A stretch of 64,000 nt of DNA, from positions 2,337,996 to 2,401,995 of the forward strand of contig OY970224.1 of assembly GCA_963714035.1 (NCBI GenBank), written 5' to 3'. Each line of letters opens with the position of its first letter. The first letter of the stretch is position 1. The stretch is from an uncultured Acidobacteriota bacterium (GTDB lineage Bacteria > Acidobacteriota > Thermoanaerobaculia > UBA5066 > DATFVB01). Positions 1 to 12,431 of the stretch are shown piece by piece. The notes beneath the pieces were generated by a model. That model made no database searches, had not been told where the DNA came from, and worked only from the letters and a program-made list of their open reading frames with translations. Both the position numbers and the translations under genes were made by a program.

Positions 1-12
1 CTTTTCCAGTTC

Positions 13-1935
13 GTGCCCTGGGATACCGAAGCTCGCCAGCAGATTCGAAACGGCGCTTTTCCATGGATCAACCCGTACGCGTCGCAAGGCCGCCCACTCT
101 GGGCGAATCCGCAGACGGCCCTCCTGTCTCCGTTCACGTGGCCGCGGCTGATCTTCGGGCTTCGCGGCTGGGCGCTCGCCGTTCTGCTGAAGCTCCTCGT
201 GGCCGGACTCGGCGCCTACGCTCTCGCCCGGGAGTTGTCCGCGTCGCGCCGACAAGCGCTCGTCTCGGGCGCGGTGTACCTCACCGCGGGGTTCACGATC
301 GTCTGGGCGCTCCATCCCCACACCAACGTCTCGGCGGTGCTTCCGGGATTGCTCGCCGCTCTCATCGCGCTTCGGCGGGAACCCGGCGGCTTGCGGGCGG
401 TCATGGTCGCTGGCCTCGCGGCGCTCGCTGCCGCAGGAGGTCATCCCGAGACTCTCGCGCTCGGGGCGTGCGGTCTCGTCGCGTTCGTCCTCTGGGACGC
501 GGCCGCGCAGCGCTCGCTTCGCCGCGACGCCAGGATCCTCGCCATTTCCCTCGGATGCCTCGCCGCGGGCTTCCTCCTCGTTGCGGTCGAGATCGTGCCC
601 TTTCTCCGGCTGCTGCCGTCAACCGCGATGGCGGCGCACCGGTCGTTGCCGGGGGCCACGCATTTCCGATGGCCGGCGGTCGCGGGACAGATCCTTCCGG
701 GCGCTTTCGGAAGCCCTCTCGCCAAGGAGATCGACCTGACCGGGGCGGTCTCGATGCTCGGCGGCGCGGTCGAGAACTTCAACTGGCGCAATTCCACCTA
801 TGTCGGCGCGCTCGCTCTCGCGGCGATTCTTCTCGCGGGGCGGAATCTCGCGCCGCGGCTCCGCCGCGCCAGTCTCGCGGGGTTTGTCGCGCTCGGCATC
901 GTCTGGAGGCTGCCGATCCTCGCCGCGACGCTCCACCGGGTGCCGCTTCTCGGTCTCGCCGTCCCGGAGTGGTGGGGCGCGGTCGCGGTGATGTTCCTCG
1001 CCGTGGCCGTCGGTCCCGCGATCGCGATCCTCGGATCCGTGAGGCGGCCGCGGACAGCGCTCGCGTTCGCCGCGGCTGGAGCGATCCTCGTCGCCGCGGG
1101 AACCGCGCCGGCCCTGAAGACCTTTGAGCCGGTCCTCCGGCGCGCCGCGCAGCATCGCGTGGCCGCGCTCCAGGCGAGCGGTCTGCTGAAGCTTCCTTCC
1201 AGCGTCTACGACGAGCGGATGAACGGTTATCTCACGCGGGCGCGTTGGACGGCCATTCGGCGGGTCGCTTTCCCGGGCATCGCGTTCATCGTCTTCGCGG
1301 GTGGCCTGACGGCGCGCCGGCGCCGTCGAGAGATCCTCGCCGCCGCCGTGCTCGGAGAGCTTCTCGCGTTCGGACTCGGTTATGCCCCAGCCATTCCGCG
1401 GTCCGCCGTCCCCGCGACGCCCGAGGCGATCGCCTTTCTGCAGGGAAGCCCTCTTCACACGACGAGCTTCGTCGCGGCGGCGCCCGGCATCTATCCGCCG
1501 AATCTCGCAACGCGGGACGGCCTGCGAGACATCCGCTCGTATGACGTTCTCGAATCGCGAGCCGCGATCGAACGGCTGCGCGCCTGCGGTTATTCCGAGA
1601 GCGACAACGCGTTCCCTCCGGACCCGGACGGAGATCAGCAGGCTTGTCTCTCGCGACTCGGCGTCCGTTACTACCTCACCCGAAAAGAGGTCTCGGGCGC
1701 CCACCGCGTCGCGGGAGGCCCGCCGCCGCTAGTCGGCGTCTACGAGCTTTCGGGAGCAGCCACCGTCCCGTTTCCCGCCGACGTCGCGCCCGCCGGCCTG
1801 AAGACCGGTGCGGTGCTCTCGGGCGTCGGACTTCTCCTCGGCCTCGCGATGATCGTGGTCGCCGGGCGTCTTCGTAACGCGCGCCCGGCCACGGTGACAT
1901 TGAGGGATGGCGCCGAAGGGGAATCGTCATCGTAA
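13..1935 (+). CDS. YfhO-like polytopic membrane protein (lipid-linked glycosyl transfer family); the frame is open to the window edge, so the N-terminus is probably truncated
   Basis: Long hydrophobic multi-TM protein with conserved YfhO-like N-terminal motifs (PWINPY..., FTWPRL). GTG at 13 is only the first in-window start; no upstream stop in frame. Confidence 0.6.
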   Translation: MPWDTEARQQIRNGAFPWINPYASQGRPLWANPQTALLSPFTWPRLIFGLRGWALAVLLKLLVAGLGAYALARELSASRRQALVSGAVYLTAGFTIVWALHPHTNVSAVLPGLLAALIALRREPGGLRAVMVAGLAALAAAGGHPETLALGACGLVAFVLWDAAAQRSLRRDARILAISLGCLAAGFLLVAVEIVPFLRLLPSTAMAAHRSLPGATHFRWPAVAGQILPGAFGSPLAKEIDLTGAVSMLGGAVENFNWRNSTYVGALALAAILLAGRNLAPRLRRASLAGFVALGIVWRLPILAATLHRVPLLGLAVPEWWGAVAVMFLAVAVGPAIAILGSVRRPRTALAFAAAGAILVAAGTAPALKTFEPVLRRAAQHRVAALQASGLLKLPSSVYDERMNGYLTRARWTAIRRVAFPGIAFIVFAGGLTARRRRREILAAAVLGELLAFGLGYAPAIPRSAVPATPEAIAFLQGSPLHTTSFVAAAPGIYPPNLATRDGLRDIRSYDVLESRAAIERLRACGYSESDNAFPPDPDGDQQACLSRLGVRYYLTRKEVSGAHRVAGGPPPLVGVYELSGAATVPFPADVAPAGLKTGAVLSGVGLLLGLAMIVVAGRLRNARPATVTLRDGAEGESSS

Positions 1936-2015
1936 TCGTGGGCGGGGAACAGCCGCAGAGGATCAAAAGCCTCGGGCTAGACTTCCCCTGCCGGAGTCGA
2001 AAGAGGAGGCGTTCC

Positions 2016-2492
2016 ATGAAATGCGCCCGCGGCTTCCTGTTTCCCGCTCTGACCCTGGCGCTCGGGTGCCGGACCGCCGCGCCCCCTCGTGCCGCCGCGC
2101 CGGCCGAATACCTCAGCTCGCCCGATGCCAAATCGCTCGCCCTCCCCTTCTCCGAAGCCGTTCGCGCCGGAGACTTCCTTTTCGTGTCCGGCCAGATCGG
2201 GAACGTGCCCGGCAAACGCGAGCTCGTCCCGGGAGGGATCGGCCCGGAGACCGCCCGGGCGCTCGAAAACGTCAAGGCGATCCTCGAGCGCCACGGATCT
2301 TCGATGGACGACGTCGTCAAGTGCACCGTTTTTCTCGCGGACATCGGGGAGTGGCCGGCGTTCAACGAGGTCTATCGCCGCTCCTTCACGAATCACTTTC
2401 CCGCGCGCAGCGCGCTCGCGGCGAGCGGCCTCGCCCTCGGCGCCCGGGTGGAGGTGGAATGCATCGCCCATTCCCCGTCCCCAGCTCACTGA
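2016..2492 (+). CDS. RidA/YjgF/L-PSP family protein with N-terminal lipoprotein-type signal
   Basis: The FLFVSGQIG...VKCTVFLADI...F..ARSAL...EVE motif block is typical of RidA. ATG at 2016 is preceded by AAGAGGAGG (2001-2009). The ORF-track start at 1938 is upstream of this. Confidence 0.8.
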   Translation: MKCARGFLFPALTLALGCRTAAPPRAAAPAEYLSSPDAKSLALPFSEAVRAGDFLFVSGQIGNVPGKRELVPGGIGPETARALENVKAILERHGSSMDDVVKCTVFLADIGEWPAFNEVYRRSFTNHFPARSALAASGLALGARVEVECIAHSPSPAH

Positions 2493-2516
2493 GCGCGGAG
2501 TTCGAAAGGAGCGGCA

Positions 2517-2933
2517 ATGGCGGAGAACAAGACGAAAGCCACGGGAGCGAGCGTCGAGTCCTATCTCGCCGCCATCAAGGACGAATCGCGGCGAGAGGAC
2601 TGTGAGGCGCTCGCGAAGTTGATGGCGAAAGCGACGAAAGAGAAGCCGAAGATGTGGGGACCGAGCATCGTCGGCTTCGGCAGCTACCACTACAAGTACG
2701 ACAGCGGCCGCGAAGGGGACTCGTGCCTGACGGGCTTCTCCTCCCGCAAGGGCGACATCACCGTTTACATCGTCAAGAGCTTCCCGGGCCAGGAGAAGCT
2801 TCTCTCGAAGCTCGGAAAACACAAGACGGGCGGGGGATGCCTGTACATCCGCGCGCTCGCCGACGTCGATCCGAAGGTGCTCGAGCAGATCGTCGCCGCG
2901 GCCGCGGCGGAGAGAAAGCGCGCCCATGCCTAG
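2517..2933 (+). CDS. DUF1801 (YdhG-like) domain protein
   Basis: The pattern ESYLAAIKDE...WGPSIVGFGSYHYKYDSGREGD...GFSSRKGDITVY matches DUF1801 family proteins. Confidence 0.7.
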   Translation: MAENKTKATGASVESYLAAIKDESRREDCEALAKLMAKATKEKPKMWGPSIVGFGSYHYKYDSGREGDSCLTGFSSRKGDITVYIVKSFPGQEKLLSKLGKHKTGGGCLYIRALADVDPKVLEQIVAAAAAERKRAHA

Positions 2934-3005
2934 CCCGCGAGCCGCGACGGCTTGAGCCATTCCTGGACGGCCGCCCGTTCCTCTTCGTAGACCGAAGAGC
3001 TCCCG

Positions 3006-4451
3006 ATGACCGATGACCGGCGGATCCTCGACCGACGAACGCTGCTCGCCCTCGCCGTGATCGCGGCCGCCGTTCGAGTGTGGCGCCTCGGCCACTTCTC
3101 CTACTGGCTCGACGAAATCCTCGAGTCGTTCACGATCCACGACTCCTGGAGCGGAATGTGGCGGTCGCTTCGCACGCAGGGAATTCAGGCGCCGATCGAC
3201 TACATGTTCGGAAAGCTCGTCGGCCTCCTGCACCCGTCGGACGCCGCCCGAAAGCTGCCCGCGGTCCTGTGGGGAACGGCGACCGTGCCCGTCGCTGCGG
3301 CCCTCATGGCGCGCCGATGCGCCCGGATGGCCGGCGTCGTCACCGGCCTCCTGCTCGCCGCCTCGCCGTTCCACGTTCACTATTCGCAGGAGCTCAGGCC
3401 CTACGCGCTCGGCATGTTCCTGCTGTGCGTCGCGCTCCTGGCGCTCGACCGCCTCCTCGAGAAGCCGTCGTTCCGTCGGACGGCGGCTCTCTATCTCGCG
3501 TCGCTCGCGACCGCCTATGTGCTCTACGTCGCCGCGCTCGCGCTGCTGCTGGCGGGCGGTGCGCTCCTGGTCGAGGATGCATTCTCGCGGGACGCCGATC
3601 GCGCGTCGGCCGCCCGCCGGTTTCTCCGCCGGAGTCCCCTTTTCGCCTTCGCCCTCTGGCTCGGGTTCCTGCCGTGGTGGCCGGTCTTCGTGGCGGGAAT
3701 CCGCGCGGCGCCGATGGGGAGCGTGCCGGTTTTCTCGCTCGCCCGGATTCCCCGCTTCTTTTCGTTCTACGGTTTCGGGCACGCCGACTGGCAGCCGCTC
3801 GGATGGCCGGGAGCGCTATTCGTCGCGGGCTGCGCCGCCGGCGGCGTGGTGGCGTGGCGCAAGCCCGGCGCGCGGTTCCTGCTGCCGTGGGCGATCGGCG
3901 GCTTCACGAGCCTCGAGCTCCTGGAGCAGCGCCATCCGATCTTCGACTCGATCTTCCACTACACGCCGATGGGGCTCTCTCTCGTCGCGCTGTTTGCGCT
4001 CGCGATCTCCGCGGCGATCTCGAACGCGCGGACGAAGCCGCTCGGCATCGCGGTGCTCGCGGCCTCGCTCGTTCTCGAGGCCGTTTCGCTCGGCGAGTAC
4101 TTCCGTCACGGCCGGCCCGACTGGCGCCCGCTCGGCGCCTACCTGAGCGCCACACCCGCCGGCGATCGCATCGTCACCGACGACGACTACACGTTCATCT
4201 GCGTCGCCTACTACGCCGCCGGAGCGGACTGGTTTCAGACGCTGCATTTCCCCGGAGCGCGGTCGATCGTGACGGTCCACGACGATCCCACGTCGATGGC
4301 CTGGCTCCGGGAGCCGGGAAAGACGGTATGGCTCGTTCTGCGCGGCGACCGGCCGACGGCACTTCGCCGGTGGGCCGAACCCTATCCGGGGATCGCGTTC
4401 CCGGGCGCGGAGGAAGGCGCCGTCGTCAAGCGGATCGACGGGAGGCGCTGA
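3006..4451 (+). CDS. GT39/ArnT/PMT-like membrane glycosyltransferase
   Basis: Multi-TM N-terminal region with an ArnT/PMT-like DE-containing loop (YWLDEILESF), followed by a C-terminal soluble domain. Confidence 0.65.
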   Translation: MTDDRRILDRRTLLALAVIAAAVRVWRLGHFSYWLDEILESFTIHDSWSGMWRSLRTQGIQAPIDYMFGKLVGLLHPSDAARKLPAVLWGTATVPVAAALMARRCARMAGVVTGLLLAASPFHVHYSQELRPYALGMFLLCVALLALDRLLEKPSFRRTAALYLASLATAYVLYVAALALLLAGGALLVEDAFSRDADRASAARRFLRRSPLFAFALWLGFLPWWPVFVAGIRAAPMGSVPVFSLARIPRFFSFYGFGHADWQPLGWPGALFVAGCAAGGVVAWRKPGARFLLPWAIGGFTSLELLEQRHPIFDSIFHYTPMGLSLVALFALAISAAISNARTKPLGIAVLAASLVLEAVSLGEYFRHGRPDWRPLGAYLSATPAGDRIVTDDDYTFICVAYYAAGADWFQTLHFPGARSIVTVHDDPTSMAWLREPGKTVWLVLRGDRPTALRRWAEPYPGIAFPGAEEGAVVKRIDGRR

Positions 4452-4496
4452 CGGATCCGGGGACGGTCGTTAGAATGCCGTCAGGAGGAGCTGCGA

Positions 4497-4940
4497 ATGC
4501 CGAACACGATCCGACTTCACCGCGTCCTTCGGGCAACGCCCGACCGCGTTTACCGGGCCTTTCTTGACGCCGACGCCATGGCGAAATGGCTTCCGCCGAA
4601 CGGATTCACCGGAAGAGTGCACCATCTCGACGCGAAGGTCGGCGGCGAGCACCGGATGTCGTTCACGAACTTCACGTCGGGCCACAGCCACTCGTTCGGC
4701 GGGAAGTTCCTCGAGCTCGTTCCCGGCGAGCGCATCCGCTACACCGACGCCTTCGACGACCCGAACCTGCCCGGCGAGCTCCAGGTCACGGTGACGCTGA
4801 AGAAGACGTCGTTCGGAACGGACCTCTCGATCGTTCAGGAAGGCGTCCCGGACGTGATTCCCGCGGAAGCCTGTTACCTCGGATGGCAGGAATCACTCAC
4901 GCTCCTCGCGAAGCTCGTCGAAGCGGAAATCCCCGGGTAG
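4497..4940 (+). CDS. SRPBCC / AHSA1-like (Activator of Hsp90 ATPase homolog) domain protein
   Basis: ~147 aa with the pattern RVYRAFLDADAMAKWLPP...G...GG.....F typical of AHSA1/SRPBCC proteins. RBS AGGAGGAG at 4482-4489. Confidence 0.7.
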   Translation: MPNTIRLHRVLRATPDRVYRAFLDADAMAKWLPPNGFTGRVHHLDAKVGGEHRMSFTNFTSGHSHSFGGKFLELVPGERIRYTDAFDDPNLPGELQVTVTLKKTSFGTDLSIVQEGVPDVIPAEACYLGWQESLTLLAKLVEAEIPG

Positions 4941-4957
4941 GCGCCGCGCCCGTCGTC

Positions 4958-6837
4958 TCAGGCGGGCTGCGTCTTCCAGTAAACGGCGTATCGCTCGTCG
5001 AAGACCGCGTGGAGCGGGGCGAGCGGCATCTCGCGGCCGTCGGCCGACGCGGCGCGGAATTCGAGTGACCGTGAGGCCGCCGCCAGCGACCCGTCTCTGA
5101 GCGCCGGCGCGGGCACCGCATCGAGCTTGTACTCGGGCACCGTCCTCGGCTTCGTCGGCTCGGCCCGGAGCGTTGCCGGCGTCAGCCCGTCGCGCCCGAG
5201 CCTTCCGGCGAGGACGATCGGACCGAGCATCGCCGCCTGGGTCGAGGGATCGTCCGGAGTCGGCTCGAACCGCAGACGCATCGGGAGCGTGAGCGTCACG
5301 CGGTCGCCATCTCGCCACACGCGGTCGAGCGCCCACTCGCTTCCCGGCGCGGCAAACCCCTCGACGGGACGCCCGTTCAACGCACCCGCCGCCTTTCCCT
5401 CTGTCCACGCGGGAACGCGGAAGCGGATCTCGGCGCGGACCGGCTCGGCGGCGCGGACGACGATGGCCGTCTCGGCGACCTCCGGGAACCGTGTCTCCTG
5501 CAGGAGCCGAAGCTTCTTCTCCTTCCAGTCGAGCTCGGAAGCGATGAACTGCTCGACGACGGCGGCATCGCCCGCGCGCGACCAGATTTGCTCTCCGACC
5601 TTCGCGAACGACTCGCTTCCCGTGCCGGTGCAGCACCAGAAGTCGTGCAGAGGCGTGCCGAAGAGCTTCCAGTATCCGGAAGCGAGAGGCACGTAGTAGA
5701 GCTTCGATCCGTCCGCGGGATGCTGCGTCCCGAGGATGCCGTTCCAGATCGCGCGCTCGGCGTACTCCGCGTGAGATGTGTCCGAGCTCCATCCCGCGAC
5801 GTGCCGCGTGAGCTTCAGCATGTTGTAGGTCGGACAGCATTCCTCCGTGTACCCGGAGAGCTCCGCCGCGATCACGCCCGGCGCGGCATTCCAGCTCTCT
5901 CCGTTGCTCGTGCCTCCGGTGCAGTAGGAACGACGCGACGTGACCTCGCGCCAGAAGTACTCGGCCGCGTCGCGATATCGACGTTCGCCGGTCAGCTCGT
6001 AGCGCCGCGCCGCGCCGATGATCTTCGGGATCGTCGTGTTGACGTGGAGTCCCTTCAGCTCGTCGCGCCCCTCGGCGAGCGGCCCGAAGATCCGCTCGTG
6101 GTCGAAACGCCGTGCGACTTCGCGCAGATTCTCGTCGCCGGTCAAGGCCGAGAGGTTGTACAGCGCCTCGTTCATTCCGCCGTACTCGCGCTCGAGAATC
6201 CTCGCCATCGCGGCGTCGCCGAGCGGCTGCGTCCATCGCGCCGTCCAGCTCGCGATGCCCCTGGCGACGTCGAGCGCCTGCGCGTTGCCGGTCAGTGTCG
6301 CCGTATCGATCATGCCGGCGAGGATCTTGTGGAGCGTGTAGAACGGCGCCCAGACGCGCTCGTCGCGACGCAGCCGGTCGAAGAGCTCTTCGGGAAAAGC
6401 CGAGAGGTAGCCGTTGCCGTGGGCCTTCTGGCAGCGGGACAGCGCCTCGACCATCGAGGCGCCCCTCGCCTTCGCATCCTCGTCCCCGAAGGCCGCCCAG
6501 CGCATCGCGAGCGCGGAAAGGTAATGACCCGTGTAGTGCCCGCGAAGCTCGTTGTCCGGCGCCTCCCAGCCGCCGAGCGGCGCGGCGGACGACGGAATCC
6601 CGGCCGTCACGCGAAACATGTGGAGCAGCCGGTCGGGATCGAGATTCATCAGGAAGCGGCGATTGACTTCGGCGGCATCGAGAAACGGCCCCGGAAGGAG
6701 CCGCACGCGGGCGAGGTCGAAGGCAACGATGCCCGACGCCGCACGAGGCGTTTCCGCCGGGAAGGCGAAACGCGCGAACGGCAGCGCCGCGGCGGCGGCC
6801 GCTGACCCGGCGAGGAAGCGACGTCGCGTGACCGGCA
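4958..6837 (-). CDS. Glycoside hydrolase family 127 (beta-L-arabinofuranosidase-like, DUF1680) with Tat signal peptide
   Basis: The start is MPVTRRRFLAGSAAAAAALPF (twin-arginine motif). Conserved GH127 blocks are present (HYTGHYLSA, CCTGTG, Cys-rich Zn site). The ORF-track 1024-aa version continues upstream as antisense of the P450 gene and is rejected. Confidence 0.85.
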
Positions 6838-6886
6838 TGACGTCGAGTGTAGCGCCGCCTCGCCCACGCGACCATACAATCGCGGG

Positions 6887-8074
6887 ATGCTCCCGGACAT
6901 CGCGAGCCCCGCGTTCAAGGCCGACCCCTTCCCGTTCTTCGCGCGGCTCCGCCGCGACGATCCCGTCTGCGCCATTCCGGTGCCCGGCTGGAAGGAGGCC
7001 TGGCTCGTCACCCGATACGACGACGTCGTGGCGGTCCTCAAGGACGAGCGGTTCGGCAAGGACCCGCTTCGCGCGGCGGCGCGGAAGCAGCCGTGGATCC
7101 CCCCGTTCTTTCGGCCGCTGACCCGGAACATGCTCGACCTGGATGCTCCCGACCACACCCGGCTTCGCGCCCTCGTCCAGAAGGCATTCACGCCGCGCCT
7201 CGTCGAAGCGCTCGAGCCTCGAATCGCCGCCCTCACGGAAGAGCTCCTCGATCAGGCGCCGAAGAAGATGGACCTGATCGCGGACTACGCGCTTCCGCTC
7301 CCAGCGACGGTGATCGCGGAAATGCTCGGCATCCCGGCGGCGGACCGGCACCGGTTCCACCGCTGGTCGCGGCGGATCGTTTCGCTCTCTCCCACGGGCG
7401 CCGGGCTGCTCGCCGGCACACCGGCCGCCATCGCATTCATGCGGTACATCCGCCGGCTCGTCGCCGACCGCCGATCGACCCCGACGGACGACCTGCTCGG
7501 CGGGCTCGTCGCGGCCGAAGAAGCGGGCGACCGTCTCTCCGCCGACGAGCTCGTGGCGATGGTCTTCCTCCTGCTCGTCGCCGGCCACGAGACGACGGTC
7601 AACCTGATCGGCAACGGCGTTCTCGCCCTGCTTCGTCAACGGGACGAATGGGACCGCCTTTGCGCCGATCCCAGCCTCCTTCCGTCCGCCATCGAGGAGC
7701 TGCTCCGATTCGGGGCTCCACTCCTGACCGCGACGGAAAGATACGCGCGCCAGGATGTCGCCGTGGCCGGAAAGACGATCCCGCAGGGGTCGATCGTCTA
7801 CGCGGCGCTCGCCTCCGCCAACCGGGACGAGCGCCAGTTCCCGAGCGCGGACGTGCTCGACGTGGCTCGCGCTCCGAACCGACATCTCGCTTTCGGGCTC
7901 GGCGTGCACTATTGCCTCGGCGCACCGCTCGCCCGGCTGGAAGGTCGGATCGCGATCGACAGACTGGTCCGTCGGCGTCCCGGCCTCGCCCTCGCCGTCG
8001 ATCTCGCGAGGCTCCGCTGGAGACGGGGACACGTCCTGAGGGGTCTCGAAGCGCTCCCCGTCACGAACGGGTAA
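6887..8074 (+). CDS. Cytochrome P450
   Basis: Heme-binding loop FGLGVHYCLGAPLARLE, I-helix AGHETT and ExxR (EELLRF) motifs are all present. Confidence 0.9.
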   Translation: MLPDIASPAFKADPFPFFARLRRDDPVCAIPVPGWKEAWLVTRYDDVVAVLKDERFGKDPLRAAARKQPWIPPFFRPLTRNMLDLDAPDHTRLRALVQKAFTPRLVEALEPRIAALTEELLDQAPKKMDLIADYALPLPATVIAEMLGIPAADRHRFHRWSRRIVSLSPTGAGLLAGTPAAIAFMRYIRRLVADRRSTPTDDLLGGLVAAEEAGDRLSADELVAMVFLLLVAGHETTVNLIGNGVLALLRQRDEWDRLCADPSLLPSAIEELLRFGAPLLTATERYARQDVAVAGKTIPQGSIVYAALASANRDERQFPSADVLDVARAPNRHLAFGLGVHYCLGAPLARLEGRIAIDRLVRRRPGLALAVDLARLRWRRGHVLRGLEALPVTNG

Positions 8075-8077
8075 GTC

Positions 8078-8968
8078 CTAGTTCGCCGGCAGCGTCTCCC
8101 AGATCGTCCGGACGAACGCCTCCGGCTTGACGAAACCCTTCGCCCACTTCTCGTCGAGCCCCGCCGTCGGTTTCGCGGCCTGCGTTTCTTCGAGACTTTT
8201 CCCCGCGCTCTTCAAGGCCGCGACCGCCGCCCGCGCCTGCTTCAGCATCGCGCCGAATTCCGCGAGCTGCGCGCGGTCCCCGAGCGGGCCGTGTCCCGGA
8301 ACGATCTTCGTGGCGGGTCCGGCGAGCGAGAGCCCCTTCTCCACCGCCGCGATGTAGCCGTCGATCGTGCCCCCGGTGCCCGTGTCGATGATCGGATACT
8401 GGCCGTTGAAGAAGCAGTCGCCCATGTGGAGCACGTCGGCGCCCGGGAACTGCACGAGGACGTCGCCGTCCGTGTGGGCATCGGCGACGTGGACGAGATG
8501 GATCTCGTCGCCGTTCAAGTGGAGTGTGGCCTGGTCGTTGAACGTGACGACCGGAAGGGCGCCCTTCGGCGAGGCCGGGACCGTGCGGTTCAGGTGCTTG
8601 ATGAACTGCGACGAGCTCATGCGCTTGTAGACGTTGTCCTGCGCGACGACGACCGCGCCGTCGCCCGCGAACTTCTCGTTGCCGCCCGTGTGGTCGCCGT
8701 GCCAGTGCGTGTTGATGACGAACCGCACCGGGCGGTCGGACATCTTCGCAAGGGCCTCCTTGATCTTCGGATGCAGCTCGGCGAATTCGTCGTCCACGAT
8801 GAAGACGCCGTCCTCGCCGGCCGACGCGACCATGTTCCCGCCGGCGCCGGCGAGCATCGCGAGGCCGTGGCCGAGCGGCGTCGTCTTCACCTCGATCTTC
8901 GAGAAGTCGGTCTGGGCGAAGGCCACGGCGGCCAGAAAGACGGCGGAAACGGCGATGGCACTCTTCAT
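8078..8968 (-). CDS. Secreted MBL-fold metallo-hydrolase
   Basis: HWHGDHTGG (HxHxDH) metal-binding motif. Signal peptide MKSAIAVSAVFLAAVAFA. Internal start chosen at 8968 rather than the ORF-track 9094. Confidence 0.8.
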   Translation of the reverse strand: MKSAIAVSAVFLAAVAFAQTDFSKIEVKTTPLGHGLAMLAGAGGNMVASAGEDGVFIVDDEFAELHPKIKEALAKMSDRPVRFVINTHWHGDHTGGNEKFAGDGAVVVAQDNVYKRMSSSQFIKHLNRTVPASPKGALPVVTFNDQATLHLNGDEIHLVHVADAHTDGDVLVQFPGADVLHMGDCFFNGQYPIIDTGTGGTIDGYIAAVEKGLSLAGPATKIVPGHGPLGDRAQLAEFGAMLKQARAAVAALKSAGKSLEETQAAKPTAGLDEKWAKGFVKPEAFVRTIWETLPAN

Positions 8969-9014
8969 CCGGAATCCTTTCCCGGGCCGGCGGCCCGGCC
9001 AGATCGTCCGCGCC

Positions 9015-11120
<2,106 letters not shown>

Positions 11121-11238
11121 TGAGCGCCCTCCGTGAGCGGATTCTAGCTTGGAATCCGCGGGCGATTCGCCGTTCGGACGCGGCGCGCCGCTCCGGGCGC
11201 GAGGCCTGGCCCGACCCTTGCTCCTGCGCACTTCCCGA

Positions 11239-11511
11239 ATGAGCGGCTCCCGAAAGTCCGGCGATTCCGAACGGCTGGACGCTTCGCGCGTCTGGCTGGA
11301 GCTCGCCGTCTATTCGGCGCTGATCGTCGGCTACCTGTTTCTGGTGCTGAAGACGCTCGACCGGCCCCTCGCGGCCATGTTCGAGCATCACCGCGTGACC
11401 TACGCGTTCACGGCGATCCTCCTCATCCTCCTGCAGGGAGTCGTGCTGGAGCTCCTGACGAAAGTCCTCGTCGGGCTCTTCCGGCGGGACGCCAACGGCC
11501 GCCGGCGATGA
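11239..11511 (+). CDS. Small membrane protein (2 TM), hypothetical
   Basis: ~90 aa with two hydrophobic helices. Overlaps the start of the downstream TauE gene, so an operon is likely. Confidence 0.4.
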   Translation: MSGSRKSGDSERLDASRVWLELAVYSALIVGYLFLVLKTLDRPLAAMFEHHRVTYAFTAILLILLQGVVLELLTKVLVGLFRRDANGRRR

Positions 11512-12431
11512 CGTTCCTGATCTCGCACGTCACGATCGCCACACCGTGGCTGATCGCGGTCGGATTCGTCGTCGGCATCCTCGGCGGATTTTTCGGCGTC
11601 GGCGGGTCCTTCCTCGCCGGCCCGGCGCTCTACGCGCTCGGCCTGCCGATGAACTACGTCGTCGGGACCGACATCGCCCACATCGTCGGGAAGTCGGTCG
11701 TCGCGGCGAAGAAACACCGCGCCCTCGGAAACGTCGACGTCAAGCTCGGGCTCGTCATGGCGCTCGGCACGATCCCGGGCGTCGAGCTCGGCGCGCGGCT
11801 GGTCCAGGTCCTGAAACGGACGAAGCATGCCGACGTGGCGCTCGGCCTCTCCTTCTCGGTCGTGCTTCTCGTGATCTCCGCCTTCATCACCTGGGAATCG
11901 ATCGGCGCGCTGCGCCGGAGCCGGGCGAGCCGCACCGGAAAGATCAAGACCAGGACCGCGCCGAAAAAGGACCGCCTCCACTTCAACTCGCTCTGGCAGT
12001 GGATCCACGGCATCCGGATCCGTCCGATGATCCGGCTGCCGGTCTCCGGCATCCGCGTCTCGTTCTGGGCGGTCCTCGCGGTGTCGCTCGTCGGCGGGTT
12101 CTTCTCCGGTTTCCTCGGCGGCGGGGCCGGGTACATCCGGATGCCGATGCTCGTGTACGTGCTCGGAGTCCCCACGCACGTCGCGATCGGGACCGACCTC
12201 TTCGAGATCATCCTCTCCGCCGGCTACGGCACGTTCTCCCACGCGCTGAAGGGGAACGTCGACATCCTGATCGCGCTCGTCATGCACACGGGCGCGGCCA
12301 TCGGCGCCCAGATCGGCGCCCAGGCGACCGAAAAGTTCCATGGGCCGGGAATTCGCCTCGCCTTCGCGCCGCTTCCGATCCTCGGTGCGGCGACCCTCCT
12401 CTACGAGCTGCACCATCGAGGACTGCTGTGA
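11508..12431 (+). CDS. TauE/SafE family sulfite/anion exporter
   Basis: Two-repeat 4+4 TM architecture with Gly-rich GGFFGVGGSFL and GGFFSGFLGGGAG motifs typical of TauE/SafE. Confidence 0.8.
   Translation: MTFLISHVTIATPWLIAVGFVVGILGGFFGVGGSFLAGPALYALGLPMNYVVGTDIAHIVGKSVVAAKKHRALGNVDVKLGLVMALGTIPGVELGARLVQVLKRTKHADVALGLSFSVVLLVISAFITWESIGALRRSRASRTGKIKTRTAPKKDRLHFNSLWQWIHGIRIRPMIRLPVSGIRVSFWAVLAVSLVGGFFSGFLGGGAGYIRMPMLVYVLGVPTHVAIGTDLFEIILSAGYGTFSHALKGNVDILIALVMHTGAAIGAQIGAQATEKFHGPGIRLAFAPLPILGAATLLYELHHRGLL

Noticed and set aside
6838-8032. Upstream 400 codons of the 1024-aa ORF-track version of the GH127 gene.
   Set aside because: That part is antisense to the cytochrome P450 gene. The GH127 protein has a clear Tat signal start (MPVTRRRFLAG) at 6835-6837 preceded by no better start, so the gene was trimmed to 4958-6837.
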